Positions 1 through 8,918 of a stretch of DNA of 32,000 nucleotides are shown here, one piece after another. The stretch lies in assembly GCF_000018105.1 (NCBI RefSeq), contig NC_009925.1, positions 690,001 through 722,000 of the forward strand, read 5' to 3'. The DNA comes from Acaryochloris marina MBIC11017. GTDB taxonomy: Bacteria > Cyanobacteriota > Cyanobacteriia > Thermosynechococcales > Thermosynechococcaceae. Each line of letters begins with the position of its first letter. The first letter of the stretch is position 1. Under the pieces are notes generated by a model. That model saw only the letters and a program-made list of their open reading frames with translations. It did no database searches and was not told the DNA's origin. Position numbers and translations under genes: made by a program.

Positions 1-231
1 GACACCCTGTGTTATCGCCGTCAGATCTCTCCTGAAACGATCCAGACCATCCTTCAAGCTCATGTTGAAGGGAGTAGTCTACGAGGACTCTCTCGCATCA
101 CGGGTGTAGCGTATAACACTTGTGTGAGTGTGGTTCGTTCAGCGAGTCATAAATCCCAAATGATTCACAATGGGGAAGTTCAGGCCGTTGCGACCGACGT
201 CATTAATGCAGATGAGTTGTGGTCCTTTGTC

Positions 232-238
232 AAAAAAA
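232..238 (+). promoter_or_regulatory. A7 slippery run, candidate programmed -1 frameshift site joining the two IS1 transposase frames
   Basis: The sequence gtc aaa aaa agc sits right after the DELWSFV motif. The upstream frame stops 27 nt later at 265..267, and the downstream frame is open across the run in the -1 phase. Confidence 0.6.
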
Positions 239-686
239 GCAAAAGCACTGTGAGCCGAAGGAGTTGAGGGTAGGCGACTGCTGGATAGCATTGAGTCTTG
301 CGAAAGAGAGTGGTCTCGTGCTCAGTGGCCGTATTGGCAAACATACCGACGAGCTAGCTCAAGAATTGATTGAAAATACTGAGGGCAAAACCGCCTGTCA
401 TCATTGGCAAACGGATGGTTGGGAAGGGTACGCACGACAATTACCCGATGAGGTCGTCCATGAAGTGAGTAAAGCCCTGACCCAACGCTTAGAGCGGACC
501 AATGGCATCGTGCGTCAGCAGACCGGGCGTTGGCATCGACGACAGAATAAATTTGGCAAAGTCTGGCAACAGAGTGCGATGACTTTAAGATTGGTGCTGA
601 GCTATTTCAACTGGATTTGGTGCCACTCTCGATTCAAGAACACGGCTGCCCAACGAGCTGGATTGACGGAGCGTCCTTGGAGATGG

Positions 687-694
687 CAAGACTT
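687..694. repeat. Target-site duplication (caagactt), left copy, of the IS256-family element
   Basis: An identical 8-mer is present at 2041..2048, immediately outside the opposite terminal inverted repeat. Confidence 0.8.
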
Positions 695-2040
695 GAGAGT
701 GTTTAGATTTTTGTGTAAGCAGCAGTGTATTCAATAGTTGAATCGTGTTGGGAACAGAATAGCAAAATGGGACAGCGCCGCCTTCCAATTCAGAATTGGT
801 CTGGTCCATCGCTTCGAAATATTCCTCATCGCTAGAAACATCAATTTGTAGACAGACTCTTCATTAGGGAAAACCGCTTTGGTCTTAATCACCTTTCTCA
901 GTGAGCGGTTGAGCGACTCAATGGCATTGGTGGTGTAGATAACCTTACGGATGGCCATTGGGTATTGAAACAACGGGGCAACATTATCCCAATGTCGTAT
1001 CCAGATTTGGCTAATGCCAGGATACGTCTCGTCCCATTTATGGGCAAATGCATCCAACGCAGCCTCAGACTCTTCCAAAGTGGCCGCTTGGTAAATGGGC
1101 TTGAGGTCTGCAGCTACGGCTCGACTTTCCTTCCACGGCACATGGCGAAGGCTATTACGAATAAGATGGACAATACAAACCTGCACCTGGGTCTGAGGGT
1201 AGACCGACTCAATCGCTTGAGGAAAACCTTTGAGTCCATCACAGCAAGCAATCAAGATATCCTGAGTTCCTCGATTTTTAAGGTCTGTGAGCACCGAAAG
1301 CCAGAATTTTGCTCCCTCTCGTTCAGCGGCTCCTATCCATAATCCCAACAGTTCCTTGTTGCCCTCCACAGTCACTGCCAAAGCGACATAGACAGCTCGC
1401 TTGCTGACTTGACCATTGACTTTGATGTTCACATACAGCGCATCAAGATAGACAATCGGATACACCTCATCCAGCGGCCTTGAACGCCAGTCTTTGACCT
1501 CTTCCATGACGCTATTGATGACGTCACTAATCAGAGCTTCAGAGATATTGGCCCCATACAGCTCCACCAATTGGGCTCGAATATCACGGGTGGTCATGCC
1601 CCGAGCATATAAGGCGATGATTTTCTCATCGAGCCCTGCGATGCGTCGCTGGCCTTTAGGCACCAGGACAGGCTCAAACTCGCCGCAACGGTCACGAGGA
1701 ATCGATAGGTCCATCTCTCCTTGTTCAGACTGGACGGTCTTTTTCGAGTAACCATTGCGACTATTTCTGGGGCCATTAGAATTCTCATCACCTGACTGAT
1801 CGTTGGAGGATTGCTGCAGGTGATGAGTCAATTCACCTGCAAGGGCTCGTTCCACTAGGCGTTTGCTGAGTCGTTTAAGCAGTCCTGATTCGCCCAGAAT
1901 ATCTTCCGGTTGAGGGTTCTCTCCGATGAGTTCATCTAACAGTTCATCGACTCGATTGGGAGCTTTTTTCTTTCTAGACATCGTACGGTCTCCTGATGTG
2001 TTTGGATCCTAGACCGCTTACACAAAACTCTGAACAGTCC
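695..2040 (-). mobile_element. IS256-family insertion sequence, apparently intact (about 1346 bp)
   Basis: It has imperfect terminal IRs of about 26 bp: 695..720 gagagtgtttagatttttgtgtaagc versus the reverse complement of 2016..2040, ggactgttcagagttttgtgtaagc. It carries a single 416-aa transposase ORF and is flanked by the 8-bp direct repeat caagactt. The boundary is ambiguous by 1 nt. Confidence 0.85.
731..1981 (-). CDS. IS256-family (mutator-type) transposase
   Basis: The 416-aa ORF begins MSRKKKAPNRVDELLDELI...GLLKRLSKRLVERALAGELTHHL and contains YLDALYVNIK...ACCDGLKGFPQAIESVYP...QVCIVHLIRNSL, the typical IS256 transposase pattern. Confidence 0.9.
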   Translation of the reverse strand: MSRKKKAPNRVDELLDELIGENPQPEDILGESGLLKRLSKRLVERALAGELTHHLQQSSNDQSGDENSNGPRNSRNGYSKKTVQSEQGEMDLSIPRDRCGEFEPVLVPKGQRRIAGLDEKIIALYARGMTTRDIRAQLVELYGANISEALISDVINSVMEEVKDWRSRPLDEVYPIVYLDALYVNIKVNGQVSKRAVYVALAVTVEGNKELLGLWIGAAEREGAKFWLSVLTDLKNRGTQDILIACCDGLKGFPQAIESVYPQTQVQVCIVHLIRNSLRHVPWKESRAVAADLKPIYQAATLEESEAALDAFAHKWDETYPGISQIWIRHWDNVAPLFQYPMAIRKVIYTTNAIESLNRSLRKVIKTKAVFPNEESVYKLMFLAMRNISKRWTRPILNWKAALSHFAILFPTRFNY

Positions 2041-2048
2041 CAAGACTT
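2041..2048. repeat. Target-site duplication (caagactt), right copy, of the IS256-family element
   Basis: It is identical to 687..694. Confidence 0.8.
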
Positions 2049-3107
2049 AGCTTCCTATCCCACACTTTGTTGATGCACAATCGCATGTTTCCTCAACCGA
2101 TTCATTACAGCAGTCGCATCCGCAACTTGCAGCGGTTCTTAGTCCTACCCCAGTTGAGTGTACGTCTGTTATGGTTTCCCATTCTTAAGCACTGGCTTTC
2201 AGAAGAATTCAAGACAGGCCATGGCAATCGAGCCTATCGCCGAGCCCGCCTCAAACGCACCATTGATGGCTATGTGGTGATGGCCGTTGACCGCACCCAA
2301 TGAAAGGGACGTAATCTGATGATGGTGACAGTGGTGTGGGGTAAACATGCCTTGCCCGTGTATTGGGCACCATTGCCCAAATCAGGCAGTAGTAGTCTCA
2401 AACAGCAACTCCGTTTGTTGAAAACGGCTCTAAAAATCTTCAAACCTTATCCAGTTGTGGTACTAGCAGACCGAGATTTCCACAGTCCTAAACTGGCTCT
2501 GTGGCTGAGCCAACGACAGGTTGAGTTTGTGCTCAGGCAAAAGAAGAGTGCTTATGTCCAGCTCCAAGGTGAAGTAGACTATCAACCCCTCAAAGAGAGA
2601 GGATTTGCCCCAGGCCAGAAAGGTTTCCTTTGCGATGTCTATTGGGGAAAGCGAGACCAGTTAGGGCCGTTTAACCTCGCGTTTTACTGGAAGCGACAGT
2701 ATCGGGGCAAGGGGGGAAAAGATCCTTGGTTTATCATGACAAGTCTGCCAACCCTGGAGCAGGCTCTCTCGCTTTACGCTTGCCGATGGGGAATAGAGAT
2801 GATGTTCAAAGACTGTAAGAGTGGGGGATACAATCTCGAACGAACGAAAGTCAATGATGCTCGTTTTCTAGCTTTGGTACTGGTGATGGCGATGGCCTAT
2901 TGTTTGGCAACGCTTGCTGGCTATGGATTGAAAAAATTGAAAGTCAACCACTATGTTGCTCGGCTCAATGAGCACTCTCGACGGCGGCCTCGACACAGTG
3001 ACTTTGGCACGGCGTTGTATGGACACTTATGGTGTTGTGGCATGGAGGTCTGGACTTTATTAGCCACTGAATTAATGCAACTGAAACCCCATAAACGACT
3101 CAATTAG
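2043..3107 (+). pseudogene. IS4-family DDE transposase, N-terminally truncated and carrying an in-frame TGA (2301..2303)
   Basis: Track ORFs 2067..2303 and 2319..3107 are in the same frame, separated only by a TGA in AVDRTQ*KGRNL, where related transposases as I recall them have W (TGG). The IS4 signature Y(2)R(3)E(6)K is present as YACRWGIEMMFKDCK. Recognisable homology starts near 2085 (PQPIHYSSRIRNLQRFL), so about 50 N-terminal residues are missing. Confidence 0.7.
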
Positions 3108-3157
3108 CAGAGAGGCATGAGGGCGCTATCACTGATTCAGACTACGTTGTAAAATCC

Positions 3158-3598
3158 TTGCCATCCCCAAAGGAGAAGTGGATAGGTTGGTTGTTTTATG
3201 GTTTGGCTCTGGCTTTTGGTCTCATTCATGTGAGTAACTTCACGAGTTTGGGGGTTCAGGCCTTGCTTTTAGCTCCCCTTTTGGTTTTGCCCCAAATCGT
3301 GATTGGGGTGTTTTTGGGATTTATTCGATTGCAGTATGGGTTTTGGTGGGCGGTGTTGACCCATGGTTTCCACAATGCTTGTGCCATAACACCGCTGCTA
3401 CTGGTACGTTTGGGGTCAGAGAATTTGCTTGAGAGGATGGGCAATGGTATCCAAGAGAACTCCTTAGTGGGAACAGACTATGTGCTCATATTGCTGATGG
3501 CGACCTACGTACTCGGTGGTCTATTACTTTGTTTAATTACAGTGTGGAAGTTAATCGCAGAATGGCGACGGGAACAGCAGGTGAACTCCAGTTCCTAG
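3158..3598 (+). pseudogene. CPBP (CAAX/Abi) intramembrane protease family, C-terminal fragment lacking motif 1
   Basis: The product is a multi-TM protein with FGLIH (FxxxH motif 2) and HGFHN (HxxxN motif 3) but no EExxxR motif 1. The only start is a TTG, and the frame is open back to 3095 with unrelated sequence right after the IS4 remnant. Confidence 0.5.
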
Positions 3599-3680
3599 GA
3601 GCCATTAAGGGGAGGATGGTCTGGGCAAAAAGGGCGGGTGCGATCGCAATCATTGAAACCGCCCCAAAATAGTGTCGATA

Positions 3681-4838
3681 CTAGGATTCCTTCGGCATCA
3701 CAGGGTAACCCCGCACGGCGGTATCAATCACTTGGGTGGATTTAATCCGGCGAGAGAAGAGAGCCAAGGTTTCTACGGCTCGCAGAATGCCATAGGAGAG
3801 CCAGCCTCGCAGAGCACTGGCTTGGCCATCAAAAGGACGGCAGCGAGCCAGATCGGGTTCTAGGACCTGTTGGCGAAACGTCTCAATTACAGTGGGATTA
3901 GAAAAAATGGCCAGGACTTCTTCTTCAATGCGATAGCTCAAAAAATCAAAATTAGACGAACCCACCACCAGATAGCGATCGTCCACTAGAGCTGCTTTCA
4001 TATGGCTCATGCCGTCGTAGAGACGAACGTCAAACCCGGACCGTTGGGCCTCCCACAACAGATAATCTCGGACAGTGCCTTTGTTGTTGCCTTCTGGGGT
4101 GAGTAGAGTGACGGGTACCCCCCGCTGAGGGAGTTCAGCCAAGGCAGCACAGAAGGGGAAGGTGAGATAGGGACTAATAATATGCAGAGATTTCTGAGCA
4201 GAGCACAGCAGATCTAGCAAGATTGCAAATGTCGCTTCATTCGTTCGGCCATTCAGGAGAAAAAACTCGCAGTCCCCGAAGTCAGCGTGGCTGGGTTGAG
4301 ATTGATCTTGCCAAGTGGCCATAAAATCTGCCCGCAGGAATTCCACAATGGCTGGGTCTTCTAACCGAAACATCAGGTCATGCCAAGCAAAGTTATGGTC
4401 GCTGAAGTTAAAACCACCAATGTAGGCAATCTGGTTGTCAATTACGATCAGCTTTTTATGGCTACGCCCTACAAAATGAATCAAGAAGGGCCCGACAGGA
4501 TTCGTAAATCGGACCTGCCCCCCCTCCTGGATAAGGGCTTCAAACATAGCGTGGGTCTGGCGGACTTCAGTTTTGAGGTCTTGATCTGACCAATATTTGG
4601 GATGGTAGATAAACTTGTCACTCTGAATAAATCGCGTGTAGTTATCGACCAGGATCTGTTTGCAAGGCGCTTCAGATGCCAGCATGGCCTCGATTACTTG
4701 CTGGCCGGTTCGGTCACCTTCAAAGGTCATCATCTGGAGCATAATTTCGTGATCAGCCGCTTGTAGATCGTTCTGGAGACGATGCCAAAAGGCATCTGCA
4801 TCAACAAGAAGCTCCACAGAATTCATATGCTGAACCAA
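3681..4838 (-). CDS. Phospholipase D superfamily protein with two HKD motifs (cardiolipin-synthase-like, no obvious TM)
   Basis: It has two HxKxxxxD motifs: SHKKLIVIDNQIAYIGGFNF and SHMKAALVDDRYLVVGSSNFD. The track start at 4838 is TTG; an ATG (MNSVELL) lies at 4826. Confidence 0.8.
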   Translation of the reverse strand: MVQHMNSVELLVDADAFWHRLQNDLQAADHEIMLQMMTFEGDRTGQQVIEAMLASEAPCKQILVDNYTRFIQSDKFIYHPKYWSDQDLKTEVRQTHAMFEALIQEGGQVRFTNPVGPFLIHFVGRSHKKLIVIDNQIAYIGGFNFSDHNFAWHDLMFRLEDPAIVEFLRADFMATWQDQSQPSHADFGDCEFFLLNGRTNEATFAILLDLLCSAQKSLHIISPYLTFPFCAALAELPQRGVPVTLLTPEGNNKGTVRDYLLWEAQRSGFDVRLYDGMSHMKAALVDDRYLVVGSSNFDFLSYRIEEEVLAIFSNPTVIETFRQQVLEPDLARCRPFDGQASALRGWLSYGILRAVETLALFSRRIKSTQVIDTAVRGYPVMPKES

Positions 4839-5255
4839 ACCATAAGGGACTCACAGACCACCAAGGATTGTGTTCGGGCAACCCTCTTGGCGGTTGTTAC
4901 TTTGGTCAGAGTATCAAAGCTTGTTTCTCACAGCAAAAATAGCCACTTAAGGGATTAAGCCTGGAGTAGAGAGGGGATGCGATCTCATCGGGTATTGCCC
5001 TAGCAGTATCTGAAACAGGCGCAAGAGGATGCCCCCCATACAAAGTCCTTCGTTGAGCCGGATCTCAAAAGCCTTAATTGCCGAAACCTGGGGCTTCAAA
5101 TATTCGTTCACACGAGGCGGATAAAACAACCAGAAAAGGGTACGTAGCCTTAAAGACTTTGAAAAATCCTACATGACTTTAGCAGTATTGATTTTGGGCA
5201 TCCTAAGACTAGGTAAATATCGATTTTTGAGAGTTCTTATTGAGAACCAAGCATT

Positions 5256-6575
5256 ATGTCTGAGGGAAAAGAATCTTCGTTGTTGGTTAACTTTCAGCCT
5301 GGAGAGCTAATTTTTGCGACTGGTGAAGAAGGTCACCATGCCTACATTATTGAATCAGGCCAAGTCGATATTTTTGTGACCACAACGGGAAAAGACGTTT
5401 CCTTTAAGACCCTGGCCAAGGGAGATGTATTTGGTGAGATGGCTGTCATTGACGCTTCGCCCCGCTCAGCCTCTGCTCGGGCACTCACAGAGACCTGCTG
5501 TGTTGTGATTTCCCGCGAGCAAATCTCAGATCGGATTGAAGCCTCCGATCCTGTGGTCAAGCTATTAGTCTCGCGGTTATTGGACCATATTCGGTCCCTC
5601 AATACTGGCGTCTCCCAGGCTGAAATGTCCGCTTCAGACCTGCCGAATTCCTCGGTAACGTCATCGTCTCCTGTCTTGCCTCACCAACCCGTCTTGGAAA
5701 AAATGCGGTTGGAGTCGGAATTGCTAGATGCGATCGCAACCAATGCATTTATTCCCCATTACCAGCCCCTCGTTGATTTAGAGACGAAAGAGATCCTGGG
5801 ATTTGAGTTTTTAATTCGCTGGAAAAGTCCGACCCGAGGCTGGGTCTCGCCTGGGCTGTTTATCGATACGGCGGAAGAAACCTCACTCATTCTTCCCATC
5901 GGTCGTTGGGTGATTGAAAATGCCTGTACGGATCTCAATCGCTTTAATCAGGCTCTCAACCGTTCCTTGGGCACGTCTGGGAAAACAAGGCCACTATTTA
6001 TCAGCGTTAACGTCTCTGCTCGTCAGTTTCAGGCACCACAATTCAACGAGGAATTGCTGGAGATTCTGCAGCGACACCAGATTCCCCATTCCCAGATTAA
6101 GCTCGAGGTTACCGAACGGGTGTTGATGGAAGGGACATCGGCGATCAACATCATTCAGCAATGCCGACAGCTTGGCTTTCATCTGGCTCTGGATGATTTT
6201 GGGACGGGATTTTCAAGCCTGACTTATCTTGCCAAGTTCGAAATTGATAGTCTCAAGATCGACCAGTATTTTGTCCGTCAAATGTTAACCCATCCCCGCA
6301 CATTGGCTCTGATGAAACATATTTTGGCCATGACACGGGATTTGAGGATGGTTTCAGTGGCTGAAGGGGTGGAAACCCAGGAAGAATTTGATACTCTGCG
6401 ACGCTTGGGCTGTCAAATTGGACAAGGGTATTTATTTGGTAAACCCCTCCCTTTTGAATCTGCCCAACACTTACTGCTAGAGAACTATCGTCGCCCATTG
6501 GCACCCACTAGCCCACTTCTGGCCAGTAGCAAGGTTGAAAACAGCGTGCCTCTCCAAACGGGCGCAAGGGTTTAG
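5256..6575 (+). CDS. Cyclic-nucleotide-binding domain / EAL domain protein (putative c-di-GMP phosphodiesterase)
   Basis: The N-terminus has the cNMP phosphate-binding cassette FGEMAVIDASPRSASARAL. The C-terminus has the EAL-domain landmarks QPLVDL...GFEFLIRW, FISVNVS, LEVTER, LALDDFGTGFSSL, LKIDQ, VAEGVET, QGYLFGKP. Confidence 0.85.
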   Translation: MSEGKESSLLVNFQPGELIFATGEEGHHAYIIESGQVDIFVTTTGKDVSFKTLAKGDVFGEMAVIDASPRSASARALTETCCVVISREQISDRIEASDPVVKLLVSRLLDHIRSLNTGVSQAEMSASDLPNSSVTSSSPVLPHQPVLEKMRLESELLDAIATNAFIPHYQPLVDLETKEILGFEFLIRWKSPTRGWVSPGLFIDTAEETSLILPIGRWVIENACTDLNRFNQALNRSLGTSGKTRPLFISVNVSARQFQAPQFNEELLEILQRHQIPHSQIKLEVTERVLMEGTSAINIIQQCRQLGFHLALDDFGTGFSSLTYLAKFEIDSLKIDQYFVRQMLTHPRTLALMKHILAMTRDLRMVSVAEGVETQEEFDTLRRLGCQIGQGYLFGKPLPFESAQHLLLENYRRPLAPTSPLLASSKVENSVPLQTGARV

Positions 6576-6734
6576 GTTAGACCGTTTTCTGAGCATCACC
6601 CAGTCCTGAAAGACTCCTCCCCTCTGCGTCTTTAGCCTTCGAACTTCAGAGGTCTATATAACTGAATAAAGACTTCCGGCTACAGATATCGGCATATTTT
6701 CTGGGAAAATAGCTGAGAAGTTGTTAGAACCGTC

Positions 6735-8918
6735 GTGCCATCCCCAGTTTCAGTGAGAAAGATCCTGATTTTAGCGGCCAATCCCAAGAACACCAATCAA
6801 CTTCGGCTGGATGAAGAGGTGCGGGAGATCCAGGAAGGGTTGCAAAGATCGCGTATCCGAGACCAGTTTGAAATTGTATCTCGATGGGCCGTCCGCCCGG
6901 ATGACTTGCGCCGAGCCCTGTTGGACCATGAACCCCAGATTGTGCATTTTAGTGGTCATGGCGCGGGGGCAGGGGGATTAGCGCTGGAAAACAGCTCTGG
7001 TGAAGCGCAACTGGTGAGCAGTGCGGCATTGGCTAGGCTGTTCAAGCTATTTCAAAGAAATGTTGAATGTGTGTTGTTAAATGCCTGCTACTCGGAAGTT
7101 CAGGCGGAGGCGATTCATCAACATATTGGTTATGTCATCGGCATGAGTGAAAAGATTGGGGACCGAGCGGCGATTGAATTTGCGTCAGGGTTTTACGATG
7201 GCTTGGGGGCAAATCGAACCTATGAAGATGCCTTTGAATTTGGTTTATCTGCGATTGATTTAGAAGGGATTCCGGAGACCTCGATCCCGCAACTCAAGAA
7301 ACCCGATTCAACGGATTCCGCTCCGAAGACACCATCCATTCAACCAGAACCTTCACCCAGCGCTCCTGACCAACCTGGCAACAGCAATTTATCACCGATA
7401 GAGAATGCTCGAATCTTTATCAGCTACAAACGGGATGCTACCCCCGATGAACAACTGGCGTTGGAAATCTGTCAGCATCTAAACCAGCGCCATCAGGTCT
7501 TTATTGATCAGAGCATGCCGATTGGTACCTACTGGGCGGAGCGAATTGAGGAAGAATTACGGCAATCGGACTTTTTGATTACGCTGCTGTCGGAGCAATC
7601 GGTGGGGAGTGAGATGGTGCAGGGGGAGATAGAAACTGCCCATCGGCTGAGTAAGGAATTTAAGAAGCCGACTATTTTGCCGATTCGGGTGAAGTATCGA
7701 GAGCCGTTTGCCTATCCCTTGAGTGCCTATCTCGACCCCATTAACTGGGCCTTTTGGGAGCAGGAAGAGGATACGCCGGGTTTGCTGGCGGAGCTGGAGC
7801 AGGCGATCGCCGGTCAAGATCTCTCCATAAATTCTGATACGGCGAAGCGGAGCTTGCTCCTACCTGCGGTTGGAGCAGCAGCGATACCTCAGCCTTTTCC
7901 CTCGGCTCAGTTCCTGGAACTGCCGGAAGGGACGATGGAGCTGGAGTCGAAGTTTTATATCGAGCGGCAGTTGGACCGAATCGCCCTAGAGACGATTGAG
8001 CGGCAAGGGGTGACGGTAACGATTAAGGGGCCGCGCCAGATGGGCAAGAGTTCTTTGCTGAATCGGACCATGCAGGCTGCCCGCAAGGCAGGCAAGCAGG
8101 TTGTGTTTTTGGATTTCCAGCTATTTGAGAGGCAAGCACTCAAAGACTCCGAACTTTTTTTTCGGGAGTTTTGTACTTGGTTATCGGATGAGCTAGACCT
8201 GGACGATCAGGTGGACGCTTACTGGCAGCGGAAGGTGGGCAATGCTCAGCGCTGCACCCGCTATGTTAGCCGCCATATTCTTAAGTCGGTGCAAGCGCCG
8301 ATTGTGCTGGCGATGGATGAAGTGGAGAGTATTTTTGATACGACGTTTCGCAGCGATTTTTTTAGTATGTTGCGCAGTTGGCACAATAACCGTGCTATTC
8401 AGCCCCTGTGGAAGCAGCTAGATCTGGCCTTGGTGACTTCTACGGAGCCGTATCAGTTAATTGCGGACTTGAATCAGTCGCCGTTTAATGTGGGGCAGAT
8501 TATAGAGCTGTGCGACTTTACGCCAGCGGAGGTACATGACCTAAACGAGAGACATGGACTGCCCCTGAATGCGGCTCAGGAGCAAAAGCTTTTAGAGCTG
8601 GTGAATGGTCAGCCCTTTCTAGTGCGCAAAGCTCTGTATCTAGTCGCGAGCCAACAATTTACCGTGGCGGATCTGTTTGCCAAAGCCACGGATGATCGGG
8701 GACCGTTTGGGGCTCACTTGCGGTATCACCTGTTTCGGATGAATAACAAACCCGAGCTGGTGCAAGGGTTGATGCAGGTGATCCGTCGCCCCTGCCAGCT
8801 CGATGAACATCTGTTTTTCCGGCTGCGGGGAGCCGGGTTAGTCCAACGCCAGGGACAGCAAGTGATTCCTCGCTGTCCCCTCTATGCCGCCTATTTTCAG
8901 GAGCATTTGCATGACTAG
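6735..8918 (+). CDS. Three-domain protein: CHAT/caspase-like domain, TIR domain, AAA-like (AAA_35-type, STAND-like) ATPase
   Basis: Residues 8-190: ILILAANP...IVHFSGHG...VLLNACYS gives a His/Cys dyad arrangement, with Cys118 at 7086..7088. Residues 225-340: ARIFISYKRD...SDFLITLLSEQSVGSEMVQGEIETA is TIR_2-like, with Glu298 at 7626..7628. Residues 400-725: Walker A GPRQMGKSS and Walker B VLAMDEVE. The start at 6735 is GTG; an alternative GTG lies at 6753. Confidence 0.75.
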   Translation: MPSPVSVRKILILAANPKNTNQLRLDEEVREIQEGLQRSRIRDQFEIVSRWAVRPDDLRRALLDHEPQIVHFSGHGAGAGGLALENSSGEAQLVSSAALARLFKLFQRNVECVLLNACYSEVQAEAIHQHIGYVIGMSEKIGDRAAIEFASGFYDGLGANRTYEDAFEFGLSAIDLEGIPETSIPQLKKPDSTDSAPKTPSIQPEPSPSAPDQPGNSNLSPIENARIFISYKRDATPDEQLALEICQHLNQRHQVFIDQSMPIGTYWAERIEEELRQSDFLITLLSEQSVGSEMVQGEIETAHRLSKEFKKPTILPIRVKYREPFAYPLSAYLDPINWAFWEQEEDTPGLLAELEQAIAGQDLSINSDTAKRSLLLPAVGAAAIPQPFPSAQFLELPEGTMELESKFYIERQLDRIALETIERQGVTVTIKGPRQMGKSSLLNRTMQAARKAGKQVVFLDFQLFERQALKDSELFFREFCTWLSDELDLDDQVDAYWQRKVGNAQRCTRYVSRHILKSVQAPIVLAMDEVESIFDTTFRSDFFSMLRSWHNNRAIQPLWKQLDLALVTSTEPYQLIADLNQSPFNVGQIIELCDFTPAEVHDLNERHGLPLNAAQEQKLLELVNGQPFLVRKALYLVASQQFTVADLFAKATDDRGPFGAHLRYHLFRMNNKPELVQGLMQVIRRPCQLDEHLFFRLRGAGLVQRQGQQVIPRCPLYAAYFQEHLHD

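Larger units (their letters stand above)
1..694 (+). mobile_element. IS1-family insertion sequence, left part beyond window, interrupted at 694/695 by an IS256-family element
   Basis: Frame 1 (1..267) reads an HTH-like LRGLSRITGVAYNTCVSVVR and then ADELWSFVKK before stopping. Frame 3 (track ORF 219..737) continues KKQKH...DGWEGY...SKALTQRLERTNG...FGK, which is the InsA/InsB two-frame layout of IS1. After the IS256 copy the same frame resumes (caa gac tta gct ...) and reaches TGA at 2071..2073. Confidence 0.7.

Noticed and set aside
585-1791. Track ORFs 585..809 (-), 965..1342 (+), 1494..1751 (+) and 1594..1791 (-)
   Set aside because: They lie inside or antisense to the IS256 transposase gene or across the IS1/IS256 junction and have no motifs.
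3632-3664. Hairpin gggcgg(21-nt loop containing HIP1)ccgccc between the convergent CPBP and PLD genes as a bidirectional terminator
   Set aside because: The stem is only 6 bp, the loop is very large, and there is no flanking U-run.
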